Of a DNA stretch of 64,000 nt, positions 34,649 through 47,211 are shown piece by piece. The stretch is from the NCBI RefSeq assembly GCF_006345805.1, contig NC_043001.1:30132001-30196000 (forward strand), given 5' to 3'. Every line of letters begins with the position of its first letter. Position 1 is the first letter of the stretch. This DNA is from Octopus sinensis. Its lineage: Eukaryota. A program made the translations under genes and the position numbers. The notes under the pieces were generated by a model. That model was not told where the DNA came from. It saw only the letters and a program-made list of their open reading frames with translations, and ran no database searches.

Positions 34649-37082
34649 GTTAGTTATAAATGCACCTTAATCAAATTTACTATATTGCTGTTTCAAATAA
34701 TTCATTTGTCTTTTGTTATATACTCTTTACTCTCTTTTACTCTTTTACTTGTTTCAGTCATTTGACTGCAGCCATGCTGGAGCACCGCCTTTAGTCGAGC
34801 AAATCGACCCCGAGACTTATTCTTTGTAAGCCCAGTACTTATTCTATCGGTCTCTTTTGCCGAACCGCTAAGTGACGTGGACGTAAACACACCAGCATCG
34901 GTTGTCAAGCAATGCTAGAGGGACAAACACAGACACACAAACATATACACACACACACCTATATATATATACATATATATGACAGGCTTCTTTCAGTTTC
35001 CGTCTACCACGTCCACTCACAAGGCATTGGTCGGCCCGAGGCTATAGCAGAAGACACTTGCCCAAGATGCCACGCAGAGGGACTGAACCCGGAACCATGT
35101 GGTTGGTTAGCAAGCTACTTACCACACAGCCACTCCTGCGCCTATATATATTTTTTCTATATATATATATATATATACAATAGTGTCTCTGTTTTCAAAC
35201 AACTCTGATCACAAATAAATTATGCTTTATATGAGAATTTTTTGCGTGATAAGATAAAAAAACCAAGGCTGTATAGATATATGAGCATTTATAGATAGAA
35301 GGTCTTACAGCTGTTTCTAGGATATTAATTAATAATATCCCTTCATTGGAGACGGTGTGAGAGGAAAGTTAAGTCATAGTTAGTTTCGATGTGATACAAA
35401 ATAGAAAGTGAGGTGGAGGAAAGAAAATATACATATATATAAAGCATAATTTATTCATGCTCAGAGTTGTTTGAAAACTGAGGTACTACTGTGTGTATAT
35501 ATATATATATACATTGCTTAATGTAAAATAAATGGAATGCTCAGTACATGGTGTAGAGTATCATCATCATCACCACCGTCATCATTTAACGTGTATTTTC
35601 CATGCTGGTATTGGTTGGACAGTTTGGCAGGAACTGGCCAGCTGAAGGGCCATTCAGGTCCCAGTCATCTGTTTTGGCATTGTTTTGTATGGCTTGATGC
35701 CCTTCCTAATGCCAACCACTTTATAAAGTGTATTGGGTGCTCCCATCTGGCCTGGCATGGGTGCTTGTAATGTGGTGCCAGCACAAGTGCTCTTTACATT
35801 GTGCCAATATGGATGCTTTTTATGTAGTACCAACATGTGTGCACTTTATGTAGTGCCAGCATTGGTGCCTTTTACATAGCACTGACATGAGTGCTTTTTA
35901 CATGGAACCAGTACTTATGGGGCCACCAAGTGCCTTACAAGACAAGGACACCTCAATTGATAAGAGAGAAACTGAAAGAAGTGGTCGTGTGCTAAGTGAG
36001 ATGTTGGAGTATGTATGTATGCTTGTTCCTTCTCGAGCCATGCCTGGCTCATAACGGCTGGTTTCCCAGTTTCCTTGGCATATAGGTTCCCCACCTGGAT
36101 GGGACGCCGGTCCATTGCAGGTGAGCTGCAAGATGCAAGAGGAAAGAGTGAGAGAAAGTTGTGGCAAATGAGTCAGCAGAAGTTCGCCATTACCTTCTGC
36201 CAGAGCCATGTGGAGCTTAGGTGTTTCACTCATAAACACACACATCGCTCTGTCTGAGATTCGAACCCACGATCCCTCAACCGTGAGTCCGCTGCTCTAT
36301 CCACTAGGCCATGTGCCTCCACAGGTTGGAGTATGGTAGAGTGTCAATGATAGCTGTCTTACTACAAACAAGATACTTGGCTACCCCAGTAGGATAAGGA
36401 ACCAGAGGGACATGGGAGTGAGAGAGAGAAAAAGATAGAGACAGTGAAAAAGAGAAGGCCTACCCACAGGGAACAGTGGGGTGGGGAGCATAAGTAGCAC
36501 AGATGGGATAGAGGAGATATTTATAGATAGCAAGTGATGTTAAGAGGAAACTGGAGGGACCTGCAGTTCTGGGGAAGATGATGTGGTGTATGCGAGAGAT
36601 TCAAAATAAAGGCACCTACCTTCTCTTCACTCAGATGGAGACCCTTCAGCGGTAATGGATCCTTCAACACAGCCCGACCCAAAACGCTAGAAATAGCAGC
36701 TGCTTCTCCCAACCTTAACAATGTGCTGACCCGACTTCCTCGCTCGGCGACCGCGATCGAAAGGCCGAATGCCACCCTACCTGCGCACGCATCACTGCTG
36801 CCCCTTCCGGTCAGCCCCAAGTTCCGGTCAGCTCCCCAGGTGCTGACATCATCCCACAGATGATAGTCAGTGAGTTTTGCCAGAGGACAGAGTTGTGTGT
36901 GTGTGAGGGGAAGGAGAGGAGAGTTATAGCCATAAGGACATGCTTGTATGTCTGAATGGCCACGATTTTATATAGCTTGATGTGTCTTCTCAACCACAAC
37001 AAATTGCCAAAGATCTCAGTCCCTTAACTTCTCAGTTGAGGTTCAATATCTGAAGATCCTTTCTCACCGCATTGTCCCATCA

Positions 37083-37570
37083 TCATCATTGTTTGACCGT
37101 GGTTGAGACAATGGAATTTACCATGCTACGCCAGACTTTACGGAGATCCTGTTGCTGGATGCCTGTATCCTTAGAGATTACATCAAGGTAGGAGAGCGTG
37201 CGCCCTCTGGTATCGCGAGTAGATGGCTTCCAGAGGAGAAGAGTAGAAATTACCTCGTTTTCAGCTCTACAATAATGTCCAGCAAACTGGACTCTCCTAC
37301 CTTTCACAAGAGATGATACAGGTGGTAGTTTTCCATATATTTGTATTTTGGTTGGATGACGCTTCCACGAGAGATTTTGAGCTCTCATAAGGAGGCAAGT
37401 GTAAGTTCCATCCAACCGCCTCTCAAGCTTCTTCAATCGTTATTGGTTGAAATTGCAGAAATTGAAGGAAAAAAAAAACATCTTCCCACAATGTTCTGAG
37501 CCATATAGTAGAATTGGTTCAACTGTGGCTTTGAAGATTTTAAGTTTGAAGTCTCTACTTAGATTCGTCC
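37083..37570 (-). mobile_element. RTE-clade LINE 3' fragment (lineage B)
   Basis: KIFKATVEPILLYGSE...RRLDGTYTCLLMRAQNLSWKRHPTK...RRVQFAGHYCR...KVWRSMV* followed by a (GAT)n tail. Confidence 0.88.
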
Positions 37571-38251
37571 CATGCTTTGTCCCATGTCTTCCTGGGTCTA
37601 CCACTTCCACAGGTTTCTTCCACAATTAGAGATTAGCAATTCTTTATGCTGCTGTCCTCCTCCATATGCATCACCTGACCATACCTGCACTTTCTTCTCT
37701 CTTGCACACTGCATATAATGCCTCTTGAAACTAAAGCTGAGAGTTTGTCCTGCAACTCAAGGTTCATACCACAGTAAACTTTAGGTGAAACTGATATGAC
37801 TCCGTATTGGTGTGTATATGTATATTGATGTATGTGGGTGGTCTGGCACTTGTGTTTGTTCATTAGGTATTTCATTGGTTGTATGTGTTATATCTGTGGG
37901 ATAATATTTCTTGTAACTGACGGTGGGTGGTGGGGGGTTATTCATTTATTTATGGTACATTGGTGGGTTGGTGGTATGTGTTTATATGCAAGCTGGCAGA
38001 AACGTTAGCACGCTGGGCGAAATGCGTAGCCGTATTTCGTCTGCCGTTACATTCTGAGTTCAAATTTTGCCAAGGTCGACTTTGCCTTTCATCCTTTCGG
38101 GGTCGATTAAATAAGTACCAGTTACACACTGGGGTCGATGTAATCGACTTGATCCATTTGTCTGTCCTTGTTTGTCCCCTCTGTGTTTAGACCCTTGTGG
38201 GTAGTAAAGAAATAGGTATGTGTTTATATTTGTTTATTTTAAGTAATTTTA

Positions 38252-38255
<4 letters not shown>

Positions 38256-38316
<61 letters not shown>

Positions 38317-38332
38317 TGCGTGCGTGCGTGTG
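38256..38332. repeat. (TG)n/(TGCG)n microsatellite
   Basis: Directly visible; one of many TA, TG and ATC microsatellites in the window. Confidence 0.95.
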
Positions 38333-38698
38333 TGGAATTTTTCAGTTGGATGGTTTGAATGGTTTTATTTGAAAAATATTTATTGGAGAAGAAAAGGTGT
38401 TTTTTTTTAACTATTCTTTATGGGTTGGACTGTTTGTCCAAAGCTGGTGAGCTGCACCAGGTTCCATTCTGATTTGGTTTAGTTTCTACAGCGGTTGCCC
38501 TTCCTAACACCAACCACTTTACAGTATGTCCTGGGTGCTTTAACATGGTGCCAACATGAGCACTTTTATGTGGCATCAACACAAATGTTTTTTTATCTGA
38601 CACTGGCACAGGACTCTTGCAAACCAATCCTCTTCACCAGGTGAAGTGTCCTTAACACTTCTGCTGTGAAGGAGGGTCTTCCGTGTGTGGCAATTTAA

Positions 38699-38918
38699 CC
38701 CTTTAATATTTAAACCGGCCATTTCCGGCCCAAATATCCTACTTGTTTTATGTTCAGACTGGCCATATTCAGCCTCTCACACCTACCCTACAATGTCATT
38801 CTAAAAATAAGCAACCACATCATCAAAATCTTAAAGCTACAAGATAATGCATGGTTACTTCAAAACAGTGTGAATCAAAAAGCATTAAATTTGATGGAGT
38901 ACTCTGAGTATTAAAGTG
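38699..38918. mobile_element. TTAA-flanked piggyBac-like MITE
   Basis: TTAA|CCCTTT...|TTAA; related copies at 46117-46289 and 49035-49255 (ccctttag / ctaaaggg TIR, TTAA on both sides). Confidence 0.75.
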
Positions 38919-39160
38919 TTAAATACTATTTCCTTGTATGTGTTTTAAGTTTTTCAGTTGATTGTATTGAATGGGTTTAATTGAAAAATGTAACCCTTTT
39001 GATACCAACTCACCCAAGACTACCCCTGGTCCTATAATGAATCCTGTTTTAAGGACTTCGAAGGTTGCAGGTTCCCTACTTGTTATATATAATAAACCAT
39101 CATTGTGATTTTTTTTTAAATCCAGCTTTATTATAATGCACTATTGATCTTATTTTCTAG

Positions 39161-39228
39161 GTCAGTATCATGGATTTAGTAAACCTTTACTAGAATATCA
39201 TATAAAAATCTCTGGCTTTGACCAACAG
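39161..39228 (+). CDS. PRKDC: DNA-PKcs exon 16 in window (start of kinase N-lobe)
   Basis: ttctag|(G)QYHGFSKPLLEYHIKISGFDQQ|gtaagt; resembles [23 protein letters not shown]; phase 1/0. Confidence 0.96.
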
Positions 39229-40482
39229 GTAAGTTATTGAAATATTTTATTTTAGATTGTTCTTAATATTTACTCCTAGGTCAGCCTTTATTAAGCAGAC
39301 CTATGATCAAAAGAATAACCCGCTCCCATTTTGTTTTTTGTATAGATGTTATATCTCTAATACTACATTATCCAATGTAATTTTCGATATCGTTTTAAAG
39401 ATGGTAGTTGTACGTTAAGGGTATTTTGGCTACCTTTTCTGACAGGCTGAAAAACCAAAAGATTCACCTATGGTTAATACATCCTATTTGATTTCTTTTA
39501 GTTCTAAATTCAAACTTACTCTATGATCAATGATAAAAGTACTAGGAATATAATAAGGAGAGACTTAATGATTCCACATTCATTTTCAAAATGTTAACCT
39601 TGCCAAAAGAAATCACTATTATAACATCCATATATTAAACTGTTTTGATTTTCGATTATGCTAATAAGAACAGTGTGGAAGCAGAAGGTTGTTAAATGGC
39701 AAACAGGAAATAAGTGAATGATAATAGAAGTAAAATGAAAATGGGTCAAAGGATGATTGCCTTATTTATAACTTCTTTCTTAACTCTTTATTTGTGCCTT
39801 AATGTTTTTCTCATTTGTGAAGAGAAAACAGTTTTCTTTCTTTCGTTTCATATTTCCTTATACTATTCAATTTATGTTTATGGTCTACTAATTACTTTTC
39901 TAAGGTAACAAGCTTGGAGAATCATTAACACATTGGATAAAATGCTTAGTGATATTACTTCTGCCGTTACATTCTGAGTTCAGATTCCACCGAGGTCGAC
40001 TTTGCCTTTCATCCTTTCGGGGTTGATAAATTAAGTACCAGTTATGCACTGGGGTCGATATAATCGACTTAATCTGTTTGTCCGTCTTTGTGTGTCCTCT
40101 CTGTGTTTAGCCCCTTGTGGGTAGTAAAGAAATAGGTATTACTTCTGGCTCATTACATTCTGGGTTCAACCCCCACTAAAGTCAACTTTGCCTTTTATTC
40201 CATTGGAATCAATAAAATAAACTACTAGTCAAGTTCTGGGGTTAATGTAATGTATGAAAAGCTCCTGGCGTTGAGTAACAGAAAATCTAAGTGGATCAGT
40301 TAATTATAATTTTATTCAACATATTCCGCTCTCGGTTTCACACACTTATTGCAGCGATCTTTCAGTTTTTCTAATCCCTGTAAAAGAACTCAGAAGGTTG
40401 AGCCGCCATCCAAACATTTCACAGTACCCTTAAAGCCAGAAACTTTTCAGTATCCCTTCATATATATATATATAATCATATA

Positions 40483-42080
40483 ATTGACAGTTCCGTGGTA
40501 GATAAAGCAATTAAGGATATCAAGACAGAAAAAGCACCTGGCCCATCAGGAATCACCGCTAAGATGCTTTAAATATCTGGCAGTGTGGGTTATGGTCTAG
40601 TCACCTGTATTGTAAATCAGGTGGTTCACAAAGGAGTCATATCCAATGACTGGTGTAGCAGCACCATAGTCAACTGCTACAAAGGTAAAGGTGATGCTTT
40701 AGAGAGAAATAATTATTGAGGTATCAAATTGCTGGACTAGGTAATGAAAGTTACGGGGAGAGCCATAGCTCAAATAATTAGGGAGAGAGTTAGCTTAGTT
40801 GAGATGCAGTTTGGTTTTGTGCCAGGGAGAAGCACCACTGATGCTATATTTCTGATGAGGAAATGGTAAGAGAAATACATAGCCTAAGATAAACTTCTGT
40901 ACTTGGCTTTTGTTGACTTGGGGAAAGCCTTTGACAGGGTCCCCCAATCTCTTTTCTGGTGGTCAGTGCAGAAACTAGGATAGACGAGCGGTTGGTGAGA
41001 GCTGTACAAGCTATGTACAGGGATGCTACCAGTAAGGTGAGAATTGGCAATGAGTACAGCGAAGAATTCAGGGTACAAGTAGGGGTTCACCAAGGATCAG
41101 TGCTCAGCCCTGTCTTGTTCATCATAGTCCTCCAAGCAATAACAGAGGAATTCAAGACAGGCTACCCCTGGGAGCTCCTCTATGCTGATGACTTTGCTCT
41201 AATAGCTGAATCACAACCTGAACTAGAGAAGTTCCAGGTATAGAAGCAAGGTCTAGAATCAAAGGGCCTTAGAGTTAACCTAGCAAAAACCAAAGACTTA
41301 GTGAGAACGGAAGCAGACAAATCACAAATTCCTTCAGGTAGATGGCCTTGCTTGATCTGTAGAAAAGGTGTAGGTAGAAACTCCATAAGATGCACCTGGT
41401 GTAAGCTTTGGACACATAAGATTTGCAGCAATATAAGAGGAGAGTTAACAGGAAAACAAGCTGTTGTATGTGGAAGATGCACAGGTACAATAAACACTGA
41501 AAATGTGTAGAAAATAAACTCCATCAACTGCCAGCTGTATAAAAAAGTGCTGATCTCCAACAGTGGAGGGAACCTGTGGTAGAGATAGACCCAGGAAGAC
41601 ATGGGACAAAGTGGTGAAGCATGCTCCTCAAACTTTGGGCCCTACAGAGGCAATAACTAGTGACCAAGACCTTTGGCGATGTGCTGTGCTTGAGAAGACT
41701 TGTCAAGCCAAGTGAAATCATAGTCATGGTAACTGGTACCTGTGCTGGTGGCATGTAAAGAACACTTTTCGAGTGTTGGGCCTCACAGGGACAGTGTGGC
41801 TGTGTTCCTTTTGAAAGTTGGGCCTCATAGAAGCAAAGTTCTTTTTGAGTGTTGGGTCTCACGAGGCAATGACCAAGGCCTTTGGCATTATGTCGTTCTT
41901 AAGAAGAAGACCCATCAAGCCGAGCAAAATCGCAGTTGTGGCAGATACCGGTGTCACGCAAATGACACCCATCGGTGTTAGGAAGGGCACCCAGCCATAG
42001 AAAACCATACCAAATCAGACTGGGGTCTGGTGCAGCCTTTCAACATGCCAGCATGGACAACGGACATTAAATGATGATGA
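40483..42080 (+). mobile_element. 5'-truncated RTE-clade LINE (lineage A): RT relic, Cys-rich segment, ORF end, 3' UTR and (GAT)n tail
   Basis: KAPGPSG...QFGFVPGRSTTDAIF...FVDLGKAFDRVP...VGVHQGSVLSPVLF...LLYADD...WPCLICRKGVGRNSIRCTWCKLWTHKIC; many stops; internal deletion near 41520. Confidence 0.92.
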
Positions 42081-43571
42081 TATAACATCATCATCATCAT
42101 CGTTTAACATGTTTTCCGTGCTGGCATGGATTGGACGGTTTGATAGAGGTCTGGAGAGCCAGCGACTGCACCAGGCTCCAATTTGATCTACAGCTGGATG
42201 CCCTTCCTAATGCCAACCACTCTGAGAGTGTAGTGGTTGCTTTTTATGTGCCACTGGCACAGGAGCTAGTCGGGTGGACCTGTCATTGACAACATTCAGA
42301 TGGTCCTTTTTGCATGCCACCAGCATGAGGGCCAGTCAGGGAGACCTGGCATCAGCCACGTTTGGATGGTGCTTTTTACATGCCACTAGCATGGGAGCCA
42401 GTCAGGCCGAACTGGGAGTGACCGTGTTCAGATGGTGCTTTTTACGTGCTACCGGCACAGGAGCCTGTCAGGGGCACAGGCCACAGCTACAATATTGGTT
42501 TTACATGACTCAACAGGTCTTCTCAAGCATATCATATCACCGGACACATCAGGGGTACTCTTAACCGGGCCAGACATCACAAAACTCTTGAACCTTGAGT
42601 CGCTCTGTTACTTCTACTAAATATTAATAAAAATAAAACCTATGGCACAGGAGTGGCTGTGTGATAAGTAGCCTGCTTACCAACCACATGGTTCTAGGTT
42701 CAGTCCCACTGCGTGACACCTTGGGCAAGTGTCTTCTACTGTAGCCTCGGGCCGACAAAAGCCTTGTGAGTGGATGTAGTAAATGAAACTGAAAGAAGTC
42801 TGTCATATATACTCTACTCTTACTCTCTTTTACTTGTTTCAGTCATTTGACTGTGGCCATGCTGGAGCACTGCCTTTAGTCGAGCAAATCGACCCCGGGA
42901 CTTATTCTTTTGTAAGCCCAGTACTTATTCTATCGGCCTCTTTTGCCGAACCGCTAAGTAACGGGGACATAAACACACCAGCATCGGTTGTCAAGCAATG
43001 CTAGGGGGACAAACACAGACACACAAACACACACACGTATGTATATATATATATACGACGGGCTTCTTTCAGTTTCCATCTACCAAATCCACTCACAAGG
43101 CTTTGGTCGGCCCGAGGCTATAGAAGAAGACACTTGCCCAAGGTGCCACGCATATATGTATGTGTGTGTATATGTTTGTACGTCTGTGTGTCCCCGCCAC
43201 TACCATCACTTGACAACCAATGCTGGTGTGTTTATGTCCCCGTAACTCAGCGGTGTGGCAAAAGAGACTAATAGAGTAAATACTAGGCTTTCAAAGAATA
43301 AGTCCTAGGGTCAATTTGTTCAACTATAGGTGGTGCTCCAGCATGACCGCAGTCTAATGACTGAAGCAAATAAATGAATATGTACAGAATGGGGTTCCAC
43401 ATAGTTTCTTTCAGCCTAATTCACTCCTAAGGCATTGGTCAGCCCAGGGCTATAGTAGAAGACACTTTCTTGAGTTGACACACAACGAGACTGAACCTGA
43501 AATCACTTGGTTGCAAAACAAGCTTCTTAACCTCACACCCATTGTCTTTTTTTCTCTTTCTCTTTTTTAAG

Positions 43572-43792
43572 GTCCAAACCTTCAGATCATTACAAAAGCC
43601 AAGAAAGATTATAATTCGAGGTAACAATCAAAAGGAATATCCCTTCATAGTAAAATGTGGAGAAGATTTACGTCAAGACCAGAGAATTGGACAACTGTCT
43701 GAAGTCATCAATGAAATATTTTTTAAAAATTCCATCTGCCAAACCAAGAGATTACAGCTGAAGACATATCAAATTATACCAATGACTACACG
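43572..43792 (+). CDS. PRKDC: DNA-PKcs exon 17 in window (kinase N-lobe, catalytic Lys)
   Basis: tttaag|VQTFRSLQKPRKIIIRGNNQKEYPFIVKCGEDLRQDQRIGQLSEVINEIFFKNSICQTKRLQLKTYQIIPMTT+CG|gtatgg; PIKK motif KxxEDLRQD; phase 0/2. Confidence 0.97.
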
Positions 43793-43823
43793 GTATGGTT
43801 CATTGAAGACATTTTTTTTTGTT

Positions 43824-43942
43824 TTTATCATCATCTTCGTCATCATCTTTATCATCATCTTCGTCATCATCTTTATCATCATCTTCGTCATCATCTTTAT
43901 CATCCTCTTCGTCATCATCTTTATCATCATCATCTTTATCAT
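43824..43942. repeat. 24-bp minisatellite (tttatcatcatcttcgtcatcatc) x about 4.5
   Basis: Directly visible, starting about 30 nt after the exon 17 donor. Confidence 0.9.
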
Positions 43943-44539
43943 ACTTTCCATTAATCCTTAAGCATTAATCCAATATGTAGTTCCTTTTATCTTTTTTTAA
44001 AATAGCAGTATGTAAATTTTGAAAGAGACTTGACTACTATTTCTAGTAAGACCAACATTCACATACCGTAAATCCTCAAGTATAGTCCACCCTTGAGTAT
44101 AATACACAGAGGAGTTTTAGTGGGTTGTACCTCTGAAAAACCTAAACCTTGTGTATAATATGCACCCCTTCTCTAACTTGAGTCATGCGTAATTAAACCA
44201 GCAGCACCTGGTCGAACAAACACTTCTGCGCATCATCATCATCATCATCATCGTTTAACGTCCGTTTTCCGTGCTAGCACGGGTTGGACGGTTTCGACCG
44301 GGGTCTGGGGAGCCAGGGGCTGCCCCAGGCTCCAGTCTGGTCTGGCAGTGTTTCTACAGCTGGATGCCCTTCCTAACGCCAACCACTCCGCGAGTGTAGT
44401 GGGTGCTTTTTACGTGCCACCTGCACAGGTGCCAGAGGGGTCTGGCATTGGCCACGGTTGGTTGGTGCTTTTTATGTGCCACCTGCACAGAAGCCAGTCG
44501 GGGCGGTGCTGGCATCGGCCACGTTCGGATGGTGCTTTT

Positions 44540-45650
44540 TATGTGGGGGAGGGGCAGAAATATAGGGGAGCACCAGTGGAAGGGGGTGTTCGGAGAAACG
44601 ATGACAGGTTCTAGACAAGTAGAACGTAGGATATCACGAGAGGGGTAATGCATGGTGAAATAGCGTATTGAAGAGGTGGGTTCGAAGATTAGACACCTAT
44701 AATGGTGGTGGGAGAAGCGACATCCGGTATAGATGGAGCAAAAATATAGAGATATCCGGTATTGGTGGTGGGGGTGGGCAAAGGCGGGTGCACCGCGAAT
44801 ACGCAAAGGTTGATAGACGAGAGAGCGAGGACTTAGACGGGCAAAATAAATAAAGGTACAGTGGAGAAATGGAAGTAGATAAAATAGATAGATAGATAAA
44901 AACATGTTTTGAGTGTAGTATGATTGGTCGAGAAGTGAAAATAAGTTTTCAACTTATCTGTACTCAGGATATAGCTGCTAGGTGAATGAGATAGAGCACG
45001 TGTGGGGTTGCCTTTTAAGTAAAGTTGACCGGAAGGGGAATTTTTAGACAAGGCGGAAGTGTACTAAAGAAACAAACTTCAAGATGGCGAAGGTTGATAG
45101 ACGAGAGAGCGAGGATTTGGACGGGCAAAATTAATAAAGGAATACGCAAAGGTTGATAGACGGGCAAAATAAATAAGGGACGGTGGAGAAATGGAAGTAG
45201 ATAAAATAGATAGATAGATAAAAACATGTTTTGAGTGTAGTATGATTGGTCGAGAAGTGAAAATAAGTTTTCAACTTATCTGTACTCAGGATATAGCTGC
45301 TAGGTGAATGAGATATAGCACGTGTGGGGTTGCCTTTTAAGTAAAGTTGACCGGAAGGGGAATTTTTAGACAAGGCGGAAGTGTACTAAAGAAACAGACT
45401 TCAAGATGGCGATGGTTGATAGACGAGAGAGCGAGGATTTGGACGGGCAAAATTAATAAAGGAATACGCAAAGGTTGATAGACGAGAGAGCGAGGACTTA
45501 GACGGGCAAAATAAATAAGGGACGGTGGAGAAATGGAAGTAGATAAAATAGATAGATAGATAAAAACATGTTTTGAGTGTAGTATGATTGGTCGAGAAGT
45601 GAAAATAAGTTTTCAACTTATCTGTTCTCAGGATATAGCTGCTAGGTGAA
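44540..45650 (-). mobile_element. Tandem direct repeats (periods 322 and 342 bp, about 2.6 copies) plus ORF-like stub; possibly a Penelope-like 5' end
   Basis: Marker aacatgttttgagtgtag at 44901, 45223 and 45565; the family assignment is inferred from architecture only. Confidence 0.5.
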
Positions 45651-47211
45651 CGGTGATGTTCTTAACTGTTATATGGGAATGTAAATATGTTTACAAATTG
45701 TTTTTGTTGCATGTTATTCTGTGTTCTGAATACTTTTATTTTAATAAATGTTGCTTACTGCAAGTTATGGATGATCCTTTTATGACTTCATTGCTTTCAG
45801 GCTTAGCTTAAGGTATTTTTGCGCCCGACATCACAAAATGCATCTGAATAAACATTGCCGGACAGCAAATGGAGACTCGAACAATGCTTAGAAAATTTTT
45901 TCATTTTTAACCTCATATATAGTACGCACTAGGGACTTTGACCTTTAAATTTTGGGGGGAAAATTTACAGTAGATGTTGCCATATTGGCATGTTTTATTC
46001 TCTGTAATTTGGTCTGATATCATCATCATCATCGTCATCATCATCACCACCATCATCATTTAACATCTGTTGTCCATGCTGACAAGCTGGGGAGCTGCAT
46101 CAGGTGAAATATTTAACCCTTTAGCATCTAAACCAGCCAGATCTAGATTTTCACACTTACCCTACAATGTCATTCTAAAAATAAACAATCACATCATCAA
46201 AATCTTCAGGCTATGAGATAATGCATGCTTATTTCAAAACAATGTGAAGGAAGCATTATATTTGACAGAGTAATCTGAATGCTAAAGGTTTAAAATAATT
46301 TTTATTCATGATACACAATGTAGATGCACTCAAAACAAATCGTATAATAATTATATAGGGACCGAGACCTTTGACTATATACCATGCTTGAGAAGAATTG
46401 TCAGACCAAGTGAAGTGTTAGTTGTGGCTGTTGTTAGTGTCACATATGTGGCATGTAAAAAGCACCTTTCAAGTGTTGGGCCTCATGGAGGCAATGTGGC
46501 CAATGCCAGTGTCGTGTAACTAACACTCGTGCAATGCTCTTCTCACTATGTGTGACTTCAACAGGATTTGAACTCAAAACATAAAGGACTAAGCATTTTT
46601 GTCCAACGCATTAATGATTCTTCCAGCTCACCACATTATTATTATTATTATTATTATTATTATCATTATTGAGTGAGTGAGAGAGCAGTGCATGCCATCA
46701 AAATAACACTGGGGTAAAATATACGAAGCCCAGTATACCCATCATGACTACCCGTCTGATAAAGGTACGCTAGGCACATGCATCACAACCATATGTGCAC
46801 GACATGGTGATCTCATATCAAGATAAACAGCACATGACCTTGCAAGTGGAGGCCCAGTTAGAATTTTCTTCTGGTCGAGTAACCCATCCTGCTCAAAAGG
46901 TCCCTGAATAAGGGTTGTTTAAGGATGTTGAACGAAACACCCATGTTTACAGAGGTGAATTATTCAAACCTCAAAGAATTCCTCTCAAAACATGGCCTTG
47001 ATGCTCCCCCACTACTTCTACTCGTGATCAGAGATGCACATATCATCAGCCACTAAGGAACATGCTCAACTGGTTAAGGTCAAACAACTGACAAGCAAAT
47101 CTGTGGTATTGAGTAGAATATTTGCTGTAGCCCATCTTTTATACCAAGGCAAAACAATTTAGATGATAACACTTCCAATCAGTTAAGATCAGAAGCCAAG
47201 AGATCCACTGC

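Noticed and set aside
44940-44990. CTGAG(T/A)A...GAAA words in the tandem units as a hammerhead
   Set aside because: The core does not fit CUGANGA and I could not form stems I and III.
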